DNA of 60,719 bases from Bacteroidales bacterium (GCA_017613015.1 JAGAEQ010000005.1:1-60719); one strand, 5' to 3'. Counted from the first letter of the stretch, positions 37,547-48,095 are shown. The notes: generated from the letters alone by a model not told the origin. A program made the numbers and translations.

Positions 37547-38497
37547 ATGTTCAAAAAGCTGTTTTTCAAGAGTCTGTTGACGGTCGTCGTACTGCTTTCG
37601 GGTGCTTGTAAGGCGGAGGGGCAGACCAAGGAGACCTTCCCTTTTGTGCAGCGGGACTCCACCCTCTTTCTGGATGTCTGGCATCCGGCCAACCCACGGG
37701 CTGACCGTGCGGCTGTGGTCTCCGTTTTCGGCGGCGGTTTCGTCATCGGGAAACGCGACGACAGCCTTCAAAGCAAAACCGCCCGGATGCTGAGCGAACG
37801 CGGCTTCACCGTCATCAGCATCGATTACCGTCTGGGCTTGAAGGACAGCGCCAAGGTCGCTGAATTGCAGGGACTGCTGAAAATTGACGATTTGTTCCAA
37901 TACTGCATCGGCTTGGCGGTGGAGGACTGTGCCGCCGCCATCGCGTGGGTCTGCGCCCATGCGGCGGAGCTGGGAATCGACCCTTCCAAAATCATCCTGA
38001 CAGGCAACTCGGCTGGAGCCATCACGGTGCTGCAGCTGGACTACAGCCGCGCCAATGCACTGCCGCCCGCCACACTGCTGCCGGCAGGCTGGAAGCCGGC
38101 GGCGGTCATCCCTTATGCGGGAGGTGTCATGTGCCGGAAGCGGGATTTGAAGTACGCCACTCCGCCCGCCCCCACGCTGCTGATGCATGGCATTGAGGAC
38201 AAAATTGTGGATTACAACCATTTCGGTCTTCCGTTCTGCGCCGGCATGTATGGTTCGAACTGCATTTCCAAACAGCTGAAGAAACAGGACATTCCCCATT
38301 GGATCATCCGTTTCAAGGGCGTCGGCCACGAGGTGGCGGTCTGGTTCCCAAAATCGGAGGAGCTGTTCTGCAGCTTCGCGGAGCAGACGCTTGCCGGCCG
38401 CATCTCCCGATTGGACGCGGTCATGTCCGACAACGAACTTCAGCCCACTGTCTGGACCACCATGAACGTGCTGCAAATGTACAAGGGTGCACACTGA
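37547..38497 (+). CDS. Exported alpha/beta hydrolase (carboxylesterase/lipase family)
   Basis: Signal peptide, FGGGF oxyanion hole, DYRLG, GNSAG nucleophile, HG..D..V and GH. Confidence 0.88.
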   Translation: MFKKLFFKSLLTVVVLLSGACKAEGQTKETFPFVQRDSTLFLDVWHPANPRADRAAVVSVFGGGFVIGKRDDSLQSKTARMLSERGFTVISIDYRLGLKDSAKVAELQGLLKIDDLFQYCIGLAVEDCAAAIAWVCAHAAELGIDPSKIILTGNSAGAITVLQLDYSRANALPPATLLPAGWKPAAVIPYAGGVMCRKRDLKYATPPAPTLLMHGIEDKIVDYNHFGLPFCAGMYGSNCISKQLKKQDIPHWIIRFKGVGHEVAVWFPKSEELFCSFAEQTLAGRISRLDAVMSDNELQPTVWTTMNVLQMYKGAH

Positions 38498-38559
38498 CGT
38501 GTTCTTTGGTTAGCTGCCAAACGAACTGCGCCATTTTTAGCCGGTGTCTCCGATGCCAC

Positions 38560-39036
38560 TCAGAACAACCCCCAGACGAAGGCCACAATCATCGCGATGC
38601 AGACGACGGCCTTGCATAGCACGCCGCCGAGGAATCCGAGCAGCGAGCCGAAAGCGGCCTTCACCGCCGTGTTGGCTTCCCTGCCACCCAGCAGCTCGCC
38701 CAGCAGCGCCCCGACAAACGGCATGATGATGATGCCGAAGGGGGGCAGCACAAAAAGCCCCGCTAAGGTGCCGATCAGGCAGCCCCAGGAACCGTACTTG
38801 CTGCCGCCGAACTTTTTGGTGCCCATGGCGGGAATCAGGTAGTCCAACAGGGTCACCGCCGCTACGATGATGGCCATAGTCACCATGAAGGCGGTGGAGA
38901 AGGGGTGCTTGTCGGAAAGTTGCAGCAGGATGAGCCCGATGTAGCCGATGGGCGGGCCTGGAATGACCGGTGCCACGCAGCCTACAAGGCCGATAATCAG
39001 GGCGATGCCGCCCAAAAGGTAAAAGATGATATCCAT
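38560..39036 (-). CDS. DUF456 family membrane protein
   Basis: P.IPG, D......GTKKFGGS..G..G and P.VGA.LGE motifs in a hydrophobic protein. Confidence 0.85.
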   Translation of the reverse strand: MDIIFYLLGGIALIIGLVGCVAPVIPGPPIGYIGLILLQLSDKHPFSTAFMVTMAIIVAAVTLLDYLIPAMGTKKFGGSKYGSWGCLIGTLAGLFVLPPFGIIIMPFVGALLGELLGGREANTAVKAAFGSLLGFLGGVLCKAVVCIAMIVAFVWGLF

Positions 39037-39048
39037 AGCTGTTTTTGT

Positions 39049-40887
39049 TTATGGTTGTGGATTTCCGCTGCTTCTGAGCACGCGGAAACGCTTTCTGGCT
39101 TCGGCGGCATGCAGGCTGTCCGGATACTGTTTCAGCAGCTGCTGGTACAGGTCCATGGCGGTCAGTGCGTCCTGCAGCTTTTCCTCCTGCAGGCGTGCAC
39201 GCAGGAACAGCGCGTCGTCGCTGAGCAGCCCGTCCGGATAGCGTTGCATGAAACTTTCCAGCAGGCGGTCCGCTTCGGGGTATTGCCGCTCCCCGATGGC
39301 GATGCGGGCGCGGAGCAGCAGCGCGTCGTCCTCCAAGGCGGCCGCCCCTTCGTACAAGGAAATGCTGTCCAGCTCCGTTTTGGCTTGGGCGTACTCCTTG
39401 CAGCTGTAGCGGTAATCCGCCCTGGCGTAGGCATGCAGGGCCCGGTTGAGGCTGTCGCCGCTGCGGTTGTCCTCAATCAGCACCGAAAGCTGCATGGCAT
39501 CGTTGGCAATCATTTTGGAGGTGGCGGCCCGCAGCACGTCCAGCTGCGCCTTGGCCCAGTCGAATTCGCCCATGTAGAAAGCCAGCCTGGCGTTCTTGAA
39601 CTTGGCGTTCTGCCCAATGGTGTCGTTGGGGAAGGCCTTTTCCACCTGGCTGTAGAGCAGGGTGGCCTCCCACACTTCACCCTCCCCGTGGTAAAGGTCG
39701 CCCAAGCGCAGTTTGCAGGCGGCTTTTCCGGTGGCGGACAGTTTGGAGCGGGTGCAGGCGTCTTGCAGCAGCTGTTTGGCCTTTTCGTTGTTTTTCAGGT
39801 AGAAGGACTCTATCTCAATGCGGTTCATGAAGGTTTCCAGATAAGTGTCCTGTAGGGGATGGCGGCTGAAAAAGCTGTCTAACTCCGTTTGCAGTTTGCG
39901 GATGTCCGGCAGGGCGGGAGGGTAGGTCTCGCACAATTGCAGGTAGCGTATGTGCAGGCTCCCGGCGACCGCCGCCTCATAGCAGGGCGAGTGTTCCGAA
40001 TAGTTTTTCCGAATCTGCTCATAGCCTTCCAACGCCACCGCGTAGGCCCGGTTGTCTCCGGCGATGGTGGCGGTCTCGTACACTATCCGCCCTTCGCCCC
40101 GGAAACGCCGGTCAATGGCGGCCGCCTGTTTCAGGGCTGCCGCGAAATCCTTCTCCTGTAGGGTGAACCACAGTAGCAGCCGGGCGTACACCGCTTCTTC
40201 GGGATGTTTGTTGGTGTATTGGAGCAGGGTTTTCCCTATGAGCGTTTTCTTCTGATTGTCTTCATCTTCCGCTGTCCAGGAGAGCAGTTCCGTCTCCACG
40301 CTGCCGATTTTGTCCGGATGCGCCCCCACCCACAGCATCAGCTCCCGCAGGGCGGGCTCGTGGCGTCCGTTCCGGCTGTGCAGCAGGGCAAGCTCGTAGG
40401 CGTAGGCCGCCGGGTCTCCGTTCAGGGTGCGGATTTTCTCATAGCAGCGGATGGCGTAGGCCTCCTGGTGGCAGGACAGGAAGGCGTTGGCCAGCTCCTT
40501 CAGCGACTGTTCCGTGTGGCGGTAGCCCGTGAGGCAGCGTTCGTACTGTTTTTGCGCCTTGCCCGGGTTCCCTTCCTTTTCATACACATAGCCCAGATCC
40601 ACGGGAAAACGCTGCATGTCGGGCATGCGCTTGATCTGGCGGTTCACCACGCGCTCCGCCTCTTTGTAGTCCCCGGTTTCCAGCAAGCATTGGAAATAAT
40701 AGGTATAATAATAGTTGTCCGGCTTCTGTTGGTACAGGGTGGCGAAAAGGCTGGCCGCTTTCTCGAACTCCTTGTTCTGAAAATAGTTAAGGGCCATCTG
40801 CTCCTGGTTGGGCTGTTGCGCCGCCGCAGGCAGCAGGCATCCGCAAAGCGCGGCGGCCAATCCGATGAGGGTGTTGCGTTTGCTCAT
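39049..40887 (-). CDS. Exported tetratricopeptide repeat protein
   Basis: Signal peptide ending AAA-Q, TPR pattern, and the conserved Bacteroidota segments EA.L.YSQV and ANDA. Confidence 0.85.
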   Translation of the reverse strand: MSKRNTLIGLAAALCGCLLPAAAQQPNQEQMALNYFQNKEFEKAASLFATLYQQKPDNYYYTYYFQCLLETGDYKEAERVVNRQIKRMPDMQRFPVDLGYVYEKEGNPGKAQKQYERCLTGYRHTEQSLKELANAFLSCHQEAYAIRCYEKIRTLNGDPAAYAYELALLHSRNGRHEPALRELMLWVGAHPDKIGSVETELLSWTAEDEDNQKKTLIGKTLLQYTNKHPEEAVYARLLLWFTLQEKDFAAALKQAAAIDRRFRGEGRIVYETATIAGDNRAYAVALEGYEQIRKNYSEHSPCYEAAVAGSLHIRYLQLCETYPPALPDIRKLQTELDSFFSRHPLQDTYLETFMNRIEIESFYLKNNEKAKQLLQDACTRSKLSATGKAACKLRLGDLYHGEGEVWEATLLYSQVEKAFPNDTIGQNAKFKNARLAFYMGEFDWAKAQLDVLRAATSKMIANDAMQLSVLIEDNRSGDSLNRALHAYARADYRYSCKEYAQAKTELDSISLYEGAAALEDDALLLRARIAIGERQYPEADRLLESFMQRYPDGLLSDDALFLRARLQEEKLQDALTAMDLYQQLLKQYPDSLHAAEARKRFRVLRSSGNPQP

Positions 40888-41103
40888 GTGTACGCCAACA
40901 ACAACGTGTGGGAGGGCTTTTTATTTTGTATCGCCCTGTCCAAGGCGCGGATTTTTTGCCTTCGTGGGGGAGTTGTTTTTCAAATAATTGTTTTTCATGT
41001 TTTTAAATATTTTATTTTCTGCGAATAAAACGGCTGCGGCGCGGGTGTGGAAAAAACACGTGAATTATATGGGGAGGCATGGAAAAGGAATCGTTTTTTT
41101 ATA

Positions 41104-41111
41104 TACCTTTG
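41104..41111 (+). promoter_or_regulatory. Bacteroidota -7 promoter box (TACCTTTG) for EF-G2, implying a ~100-nt 5' leader
   Basis: TATACCTTTGCA in an AT-rich intergenic region. Confidence 0.65.
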
Positions 41112-41218
41112 CAACTTTGAACAATTAAATTCAGAAATATTTTATCCTGCGTGTAATCAGTAAGTTGTAAATGCTGGTCGCATGCAGTGTGAGGCAATTA
41201 TCAATAAAAAAAAAGCAA

Positions 41219-43357
41219 ATGAAGGTTTATCAGACGAATGAAATCAGGAACGTGGCCCTTTTAGGGGGAGCCCGTGCGGGAAAAACCACTTTGGCGGAAG
41301 CCATGGCTTTTCACGGAGGCGTCATCAGCCGCAAGGGGAGTGTCGAGGACAAGAATACCATTTCCGACTACCGGGATATTGAGCTGGAACGCCAGAATTC
41401 CATTTATTCCACGGTGATGTACGCCGAATGGAAGAATTCCAAAATCAACATGATCGACTGCCCGGGCTTTGATGATTTCGTGGGAGAGGTCGTGAGCGCG
41501 TTGCGGGTGGCTGACACCGCGGTGATGGTGCTGAACACCCAGAACGGGGTCGAGGTCGGCGCCGAGGTGCAATGGCGCAGCATCAAGCGTTTCAACAAGC
41601 CGGTGGTTTTCGCCGCCAACCAGATGGATCACGAAAAAGCCAATTTCGATGAGACCGTCCGCCAGCTGAAAAACTTTTTTGGCAACGGCGTGACCGTTAT
41701 CCAATACCCGACCAACGCCACCGGTTCCGCTTTTGAGGGCGTGATTGATGTGCTGCACGGGAAAATGCTCAAATTTCCGGTCAATGGGGGAGATCCCGAA
41801 GTCGCCGAGATTCCGGCCAGCGAGAAGGACAAAGCCGAAGAGCTGCTGAACACGCTGATCGAGAACGCCGCCGAAAACGACGAGGCGCTGATGGAGAAAT
41901 TCTTTGAGGAAGGCACCCTGTCTCCCGATGAAATCAAGAAGGGTCTCCGTCTCGGCATCATCAGCCGTTCCGTGTTCCCGGTGCTTTGCTGCTCCGCCAA
42001 GACCGACCAGGGCGTGAACGCCTTGATGGACTTTATCCAGGAAAACTGCCCCGCTCCCGACCAGATGCCGTTTGAAAAGACCGTTCAGGGCAAGGAGCTG
42101 AAATGCGCTTCCTCCGAACCGCTGACCGCTTTTGTGTTCAAACTGAATGTGGAACAGCATTTGGGCGAAGTTGCCATGATGAAGCTGTACAACGGCGAGT
42201 TAGCCGTCGGCACCGATGTGATTAACGCCGCCAACAGCTCCAAGGAGCGTATCTCCCAGCTGATTTGCGTTGCCGGAAAGAACCGCGAACAGGTGGAGAA
42301 AGCCTGCGCCGGTGACATTGTGGGCACCATCAAGCTGAAGAGCGTATCCACGCAGCACACCCTGAACTCCGCCAAGAACGCGGAGGACACGGTTCCTCCC
42401 ACGGTGTATCCGGAACCCAAGTTCCGCACCGCCGTCCGCGCCAAGAACTCTTCCGATGACGAAAAACTGGGCCAGGTGCTGAACGACATTAAGAAGATGG
42501 ACCTCACCTTCCTGGTGGAGCAGTCCAAAGAACTGAAGCAGACCATCATTTCCGGACAGGGCGAGCAGCATCTGAACATTAACAAATGGATTATTGAGAA
42601 AGTCAATAAGATAGAGATTGAATTCTTCGCCCCGAAGATTCCGTACCGCGAAACCATCACCAAGTCTTCGGAGGCCATGTACCGCCACAAGAAACAGTCC
42701 GGCGGTTCCGGCCAGTTCGGCGAGGTGCACATGCTGATTGAGCCCTATTACGACGGCATGCCCAACCAGACCAAGTACCCCATCCGCGACACCCAGGAGT
42801 ATCCGCTGGATTGGGGCGGCAAGCTGGTTTTCAACAACTGCATCGTGGGTGGCGCCATTGACGCCCGCTTCATGCCCGCCATTCTGAAGGGCATCATGGA
42901 GAAGATGGAGGAGGGGCCGCTGACCGGTTCCTACGCCCGTGACATTGTGGTGAACATCTACGACGGTAAAATGCACCCGGTCGATTCCAACGAAACCGCG
43001 TTCAAGATTGCGGGCCGCACCGCTTTCCGCGAGGCCTTCAAGAACGCCGGTCCGCGTATTCTGGAACCCATTTACGATGTGGACGTGTACGTTCCCGCTG
43101 AGAACATGGGTGGTGTCATGACCGATTTGCAGGGCCGTCGCGGCATTGTGATGGGCATGGACAGCGAAGGCGGTTACCAGATCATTCACGCCAAGGTTCC
43201 GTTGGCGGAAATGAACAAGTATTCCACCTCCTTGAGCTCCATCACCAGCGGACGCGCCTCCTACGGCATGAAGTTCGCCGAGTACCAGCAGGTTCCTGCC
43301 GATGTGCAGTCCGCCTTGCTGAAGGCTTACGAGGAATCCCGCTCCGACGAGGACTAA
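41219..43357 (+). CDS. fusA2: Elongation factor G paralog (EF-G2)
   Basis: Full five-domain EF-G (YRETI, HKKQSGG.GQFG, DG..H.VDS, LEPI) with divergent G motifs GGARAGKTT, DCPGFDDF and NQMD. Confidence 0.9.
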   Translation: MKVYQTNEIRNVALLGGARAGKTTLAEAMAFHGGVISRKGSVEDKNTISDYRDIELERQNSIYSTVMYAEWKNSKINMIDCPGFDDFVGEVVSALRVADTAVMVLNTQNGVEVGAEVQWRSIKRFNKPVVFAANQMDHEKANFDETVRQLKNFFGNGVTVIQYPTNATGSAFEGVIDVLHGKMLKFPVNGGDPEVAEIPASEKDKAEELLNTLIENAAENDEALMEKFFEEGTLSPDEIKKGLRLGIISRSVFPVLCCSAKTDQGVNALMDFIQENCPAPDQMPFEKTVQGKELKCASSEPLTAFVFKLNVEQHLGEVAMMKLYNGELAVGTDVINAANSSKERISQLICVAGKNREQVEKACAGDIVGTIKLKSVSTQHTLNSAKNAEDTVPPTVYPEPKFRTAVRAKNSSDDEKLGQVLNDIKKMDLTFLVEQSKELKQTIISGQGEQHLNINKWIIEKVNKIEIEFFAPKIPYRETITKSSEAMYRHKKQSGGSGQFGEVHMLIEPYYDGMPNQTKYPIRDTQEYPLDWGGKLVFNNCIVGGAIDARFMPAILKGIMEKMEEGPLTGSYARDIVVNIYDGKMHPVDSNETAFKIAGRTAFREAFKNAGPRILEPIYDVDVYVPAENMGGVMTDLQGRRGIVMGMDSEGGYQIIHAKVPLAEMNKYSTSLSSITSGRASYGMKFAEYQQVPADVQSALLKAYEESRSDED

Positions 43358-43372
43358 GGGTTTTCCCCATAC

Positions 43373-43400
43373 AAAAAGCCGCCCACGGGCGGCTTTTTTT
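43373..43400 (+). terminator. Rho-independent terminator after EF-G2
   Basis: AAAAAGCCGCC-CACG-GGCGGCTTTTTTT: GC-rich stem followed by a U tract. Confidence 0.9.
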
Positions 43401-43500
43401 GTTTTTTCGCGGGCAGTACGCAGTGCGTCCTTTTTTTTCTCCGCCGCATTTTAGGGTAAAATTTGCGGAAGTTGTCGGTCGGCCGTATCTTTTTTTGCAC

Positions 43501-43508
43501 TATCTTTG
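43501..43508 (+). promoter_or_regulatory. Bacteroidota -7 promoter box (TATCTTTG)
   Basis: TATCTTTGCA about 30 nt upstream of the kdsD ATG. Confidence 0.7.
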
Positions 43509-43539
43509 CAGTTTGGAAAAAGATAAAGGGGTCACGGAA

Positions 43540-44517
43540 ATGATAACGGAATCCAGTGCGAAAATCAAGGAGGCCGCCATCCGCTGCATACGTCAGGAGG
43601 CTACGGCGGTCAGTTTGTTGGAAAATTTTGTGGATGACGGTTTTGTGGAAAGCGTGCGGACCATGTTCCACGCCACGGAAGGCCGCATTATTGTCACGGG
43701 GATAGGGAAAAGCGCCATCATCGGGCAGAAAATGGTGGCCACGCTGAACTCCACAGGCACCCCGGCCATTTTCATGCACGCGGCGGACGCCATCCACGGC
43801 GACTTGGGAATCATCCAGCCGCACGATGTGGTGGTTGTCATCTCCAAAAGCGGGAACACGCCGGAAATCACCATGCTGCTTCCGATGATACGCATGCAGG
43901 ACAACAAGGTCATTGCCATTGTCGGCAACACCGACTCCTATCTGGCCAAACACGCGGATTACGTGGTGAACGCCACGGTTTCCAAGGAGGCCTGCCCGAA
44001 TAATCTGGCTCCGACAACCAGCACCACTGCCCAGTTGGTCATGGCGGACGCTTTGGCCATCTGCCTGATTTCCCTCCGGGGATTCTCCGCGCAGGACTTT
44101 GCCCGCTACCATCCGGGCGGCACCTTGGGCAAGCAGCTCTACCTGAAAGTCGGGGATTTGAGCAAGGAGAATGAGAAACCCGAAGTGAAACTGGAGGACG
44201 AACTGAATACCGTCATCTACGAGATTTCCTCCAAACGTTTGGGAATGACCGCCGTCATTGACAACGGTCAGATTGTGGGCATCATCACCGACGGCGATTT
44301 GCGGCGCATGCTGCACAAAACTTCCGATGTGCATGCGGTGCGGACGAAGGACATCATGTCGCCCCACCCCAAGACGATACATGAAAGTGAATTGGTTGTC
44401 AAAGCCTTGGAAATCATGCGCAAGAACAGCATCACCAGCATTCTGGTCGTGAACGACACGGAGGCCTACACCGGGGTCATTCACCTGCACGACATCATCA
44501 AGGAAGGCATCATATGA
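43540..44517 (+). CDS. kdsD: KpsF/GutQ family arabinose-5-phosphate isomerase
   Basis: Motifs TGIGKS, STGTP, HGDLG, SKSG.T, APT.STT and HPGG.LG, plus a CBS pair (TDGDLRR). Confidence 0.92.
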   Translation: MITESSAKIKEAAIRCIRQEATAVSLLENFVDDGFVESVRTMFHATEGRIIVTGIGKSAIIGQKMVATLNSTGTPAIFMHAADAIHGDLGIIQPHDVVVVISKSGNTPEITMLLPMIRMQDNKVIAIVGNTDSYLAKHADYVVNATVSKEACPNNLAPTTSTTAQLVMADALAICLISLRGFSAQDFARYHPGGTLGKQLYLKVGDLSKENEKPEVKLEDELNTVIYEISSKRLGMTAVIDNGQIVGIITDGDLRRMLHKTSDVHAVRTKDIMSPHPKTIHESELVVKALEIMRKNSITSILVVNDTEAYTGVIHLHDIIKEGII

Positions 44518-45992
44518 AAACAGTCATGAGAAAATCCGTTTTTATTGTTCTGTGCTTAGGCGCGTTCCTGCTCCTTCCCACCCAGGCCTCCGCCCAGAAA
44601 AAGGGGAAGAAGGAAAAGGTCAATTATGAGATTTCCATTTACTTGGAAGGCGTTCCCGACACCATGCTGTACATCGGCTACTACTACGCGGACAAGACCT
44701 ATTCCCGGGACTCTGTCTTTGTGGAGAAGCGCAAGCCCGGAACCTTCGTGTTCAAAGGCAGCGACACCTTGAGCAGGGGCGTGTACATCGTGGCTGGGCA
44801 GCGGAAGAACAAATACCTGGAGTTTCTGGTGGACACCTCCCGTTTTTTCTCCATACGGGCCACGGGGCTGAAGCCGCCTTTCTACGACGTGCTAAGCCAC
44901 CTGTCTTTTGAAAACTCTCCGGAAAACGATGTCTTTCTGGATTTTCAGCAGCAAATGGTGCGTTACCAGAGCCGGGTCATGGACTTGGGAAAATCCTACA
45001 AGCAGGAGGCGGATAAGGGCGAAAAGGCCAATAAGGAGATTCTTTCCCTGCTGAAATCGGAGCAGAGCCTGTGCCTGGACAGCATGCATGACTACACCGG
45101 GCAGATGATTTCCAGGCATCCGGACCACCTGTTTTCCAAAATACAGCGGATGAACATCGACATCAGCATCCCCGACAAGCCGGAAGGGGCGGATTCCGCA
45201 TGGGAGTACCGCTACTATGTCAATCATTATTGGGACAACACCGATTTGAGCGAAGACGGCTTGCTGATGTCCCCCTTGTTTTTCCCGAAACTGAAACGCT
45301 ATTACGAGGGTATTGTCCCCGTTTCCATCGACTCTATCATCAAATACACCGATTTGCTGGTGGAGAAGATCACTTCCAAGGAGCTGTTCAAGTACGTGGT
45401 CTGGTATGTGACCCACAAGTACGAGCGCGGACAGTACATCGGACAGGACGCGGTGTTTGTCCACATGGTGAAGACCTATTACGAGGCCGGACGCTGCCCT
45501 TGGGTGGAAGAGACCCAGTTAGAGGCCATGGTGGAGCGGGCGCACAAGCTGGATCCCATTCTGATAGGGAAGCAGGCGCCGCAGCTGTGGATGATGGACA
45601 CCTCCCGCACCCTGCATTCCAATTATGAATTCATGAAGCAGTTCACCATCATGTGGTTCTGGGATGTGGACTGCTCGCACTGCAAATCGGCCACGCCCAA
45701 ATTAGCGGAAATGTATAAACGTTTGAAAGACAGTTTGGATATAGAAGTGATGGCCATTTGCATGTCGGCGGACACGGTGGCGTGGAGACGCTACCTGCGG
45801 AACAACGACATGCCTTGGGTCAATGTGGGCGGCTACGTGGCGAATATCGATTTCATCAATGTGTACGATGTGCACTCCACGCCCTTCATTTATGTGCTGA
45901 ACCGTCAGAAACAGATTATTGTGAAAAAACTGCCGATAGAGGAGCTGGAGACGTTTCTCCGCCGCTATGCGAAAGGGGAAGTCAGGTACTGA
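44514..45992 (+). CDS. Exported thioredoxin-like protein (DUF5106-type N-terminal region, C-terminal CSHC redoxin)
   Basis: Signal peptide ending ASA-Q. Motifs HYWD, G..AP, W..DCSHC and TP. Confidence 0.8.
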   Translation: MKTVMRKSVFIVLCLGAFLLLPTQASAQKKGKKEKVNYEISIYLEGVPDTMLYIGYYYADKTYSRDSVFVEKRKPGTFVFKGSDTLSRGVYIVAGQRKNKYLEFLVDTSRFFSIRATGLKPPFYDVLSHLSFENSPENDVFLDFQQQMVRYQSRVMDLGKSYKQEADKGEKANKEILSLLKSEQSLCLDSMHDYTGQMISRHPDHLFSKIQRMNIDISIPDKPEGADSAWEYRYYVNHYWDNTDLSEDGLLMSPLFFPKLKRYYEGIVPVSIDSIIKYTDLLVEKITSKELFKYVVWYVTHKYERGQYIGQDAVFVHMVKTYYEAGRCPWVEETQLEAMVERAHKLDPILIGKQAPQLWMMDTSRTLHSNYEFMKQFTIMWFWDVDCSHCKSATPKLAEMYKRLKDSLDIEVMAICMSADTVAWRRYLRNNDMPWVNVGGYVANIDFINVYDVHSTPFIYVLNRQKQIIVKKLPIEELETFLRRYAKGEVRY

Positions 45993-46007
45993 TAAAAAAA
46001 CAAGCTT

Positions 46008-47402
46008 ATGAAAACCATACGGATTGTTGATATTCTGAAAAAAAGCGAAAACTACCTCCAGTCGGAGGTGAATGTGAAAGGATGGGTGAGAACCAAGCGC
46101 GGCAACAGCGCGGTCAATTTCATCGCCCTGAACGACGGATCCATTGTGCATTCCCTGCAAATCGTCGCCGATGTGGCCGCCTTCGATCCCGAACTGCTGA
46201 AAAAGGTCACCACGGGTGCTTGCCTGTCCGTGACCGGAACCTTGGTCTCGTCCATGGGGAAGGGCCAGACGGTGGAGATTCAGGCGAAGTACATTGAGGT
46301 GCTGGGTACGGCCGATCCGGAGAAATACCCTTTGCAGAAAAAGGGGCACAGCATGGAGTTCCTGCGCGAGATTGCCCATTTGCGCTTCCGCACCAATTAT
46401 TTCGGCTGCGTCATGCGTCTGCGCCACGCCATGGCGTTCGCCATACACCAGTATTTTAACGACCGGGGTTTCGTCTACCTGCACACGCCCCTGATTACGG
46501 GCAGCGACACGGAAGGCGCCGGGGAAATGTTCCAGGTGACCACCTTGGATATGGAGAACCTGCCGCGCACGCCGGAGGGTAAGGTGGACTACAGCAAGGA
46601 CTTTTTCGGAAAACTCACCAGCCTGACGGTCTCCGGGCAGCTTAACGGCGAACTGGGCGCGATGGCTTTGGGGAAAATCTACACCTTTGGCCCGACTTTC
46701 CGTGCCGAAAACTCCAATACGCCGAGGCATTTGGCCGAATTCTGGATGATTGAGCCGGAAATGGCCTTTTATGAAATCGAGGACAACATGGATTTGGCGG
46801 AGGATTTCATCCGCTACCTGGTGAACTACGCTTTGGAGCATAACGCGGACGATTTGCAGTTCCTGAACGACATGTTTGACAAGACTTTGCTGGAGCGGCT
46901 GCAATCGGTGGACAAGGAAGCCTTCGCCCGGCTGTCCTATACGGAAGCCATTGACATTCTGCTGAAATCCGGCCACAATTTTGAAGTGCCCGTGGAGTGG
47001 GGGATGGATCTGCAATCCGAGCACGAGCGTTTTCTGGTGGAACAGCATTGCCGCAAGCCGGTCATACTGACGGATTATCCGGAGGCCATCAAGGCGTTTT
47101 ACATGAAGCAGAACGACGACGGGAAGACCGTGCGCGGCATGGACATCCTTTTCCCGAAAATCGGGGAGATTATCGGCGGTTCGGAGCGCGAGGCCGATTT
47201 GGATAAGCTGCTGCGGGTGATTCGTTCCCGCCACATGAAGGAGGATGTGCTGGATTGGTACTTAGATACGCGCCGCTTCGGCACAGCACCGCACAGCGGT
47301 TTCGGACTGGGTTTCGAACGTCTGCTGCTTTTCGTCACCGGCATGGCCAACATTCGGGATGTCATCCCCTTTCCGCGCACACCACAAAACGCTGATTTCT
47401 AA
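46008..47402 (+). CDS. asnS: Asparagine--tRNA ligase
   Basis: Motifs [48 protein letters not shown] and GFGLGFER. Confidence 0.97.
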   Translation: MKTIRIVDILKKSENYLQSEVNVKGWVRTKRGNSAVNFIALNDGSIVHSLQIVADVAAFDPELLKKVTTGACLSVTGTLVSSMGKGQTVEIQAKYIEVLGTADPEKYPLQKKGHSMEFLREIAHLRFRTNYFGCVMRLRHAMAFAIHQYFNDRGFVYLHTPLITGSDTEGAGEMFQVTTLDMENLPRTPEGKVDYSKDFFGKLTSLTVSGQLNGELGAMALGKIYTFGPTFRAENSNTPRHLAEFWMIEPEMAFYEIEDNMDLAEDFIRYLVNYALEHNADDLQFLNDMFDKTLLERLQSVDKEAFARLSYTEAIDILLKSGHNFEVPVEWGMDLQSEHERFLVEQHCRKPVILTDYPEAIKAFYMKQNDDGKTVRGMDILFPKIGEIIGGSEREADLDKLLRVIRSRHMKEDVLDWYLDTRRFGTAPHSGFGLGFERLLLFVTGMANIRDVIPFPRTPQNADF

Positions 47403-47980
47403 TGCGTCGCCTCGTTTTTGCACTGCCGATGCTCGTCGCACTGCTGCTGTTTGCCTGTTCGGGGAAGGACTACACCCCCAAACCGAGGGCGTATTACCGC
47501 ATCTCTTTGCCGGAACCCGCCTATCAGCAGTGGGACACGAACTATCCCTATGCCTTTGCCTATTCCACGCATGCGGAAATCATTCCCCGGGAGGACCCGA
47601 ACGCCGAACCCTATTGGATCAACCTGCATTATCCGGCCTGGGACGCCACCTTGCATGTCAGCTACAAGCCGGTGCAGGGCAATCTGGACCAGTTGGTCGC
47701 GGACGCGCGTTTCTTCACCACCAAGCAGATTCCCAAGGCGGAGGACATGATAGAGACCGCCGTGCACGACACTTCCCGTCAGGTGTACGGACGAATTTAC
47801 GAGATTACAGGCGTGCATGTCGCCTGCCCTTACCAGTTCTGGCTGACGGACAGGAAGCGTCATTTTTTCCGCGCGGCCCTGTATTTCCATAGGGTTCCCA
47901 ACAACGACTCCATCGCGCCGGTGTTGCAATTCATTGAAAACGACATGCGGCATCTGGTGGAAACTTTCTCCTGGCGATAG
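47402..47980 (+). CDS. gldD: Gliding motility lipoprotein GldD-like
   Basis: Lipobox LLLFAC. Motifs PKPR.Y.RI..P, QF..TD...HF.R.ALYF and PN.DS..P. Confidence 0.85.
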   Translation: MRRLVFALPMLVALLLFACSGKDYTPKPRAYYRISLPEPAYQQWDTNYPYAFAYSTHAEIIPREDPNAEPYWINLHYPAWDATLHVSYKPVQGNLDQLVADARFFTTKQIPKAEDMIETAVHDTSRQVYGRIYEITGVHVACPYQFWLTDRKRHFFRAALYFHRVPNNDSIAPVLQFIENDMRHLVETFSWR

Positions 47981-48051
47981 TCTGCGGCGGACACGTTTTT
48001 TCGGAAAAATATTTTTCCGGCGGAAGCGGAGGTCTGCGGTGAAAAAATGAT

Positions 48052-48059
48052 TACTTTTG
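48052..48059 (+). promoter_or_regulatory. Bacteroidota -7 promoter box (TACTTTTG) for prfB
   Basis: TAnnTTTG about 37 nt upstream of ATG 48096. Confidence 0.65.
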
Positions 48060-48095
48060 CCTTTTGTATAACACATTTGCAAAACCGGAGAAATT

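Noticed and set aside
40921-40998. 25-aa minus-strand sORF (MKNNYLKNNSPTKAKNPRLGQGDTK) upstream of the TPR gene
   Set aside because: AT-rich intergenic sequence with no supporting motif, so it cannot be distinguished from chance.
41171-43539. N-terminal extensions given in the ORF track (e.g. 41171, 43399; also 294, 7622, 17226, 18143, 19533, 27647, 54747)
   Set aside because: They are longest-ORF artefacts. They run through promoter boxes, leaders or neighbouring genes, and homology motifs begin at the downstream ATGs used here.
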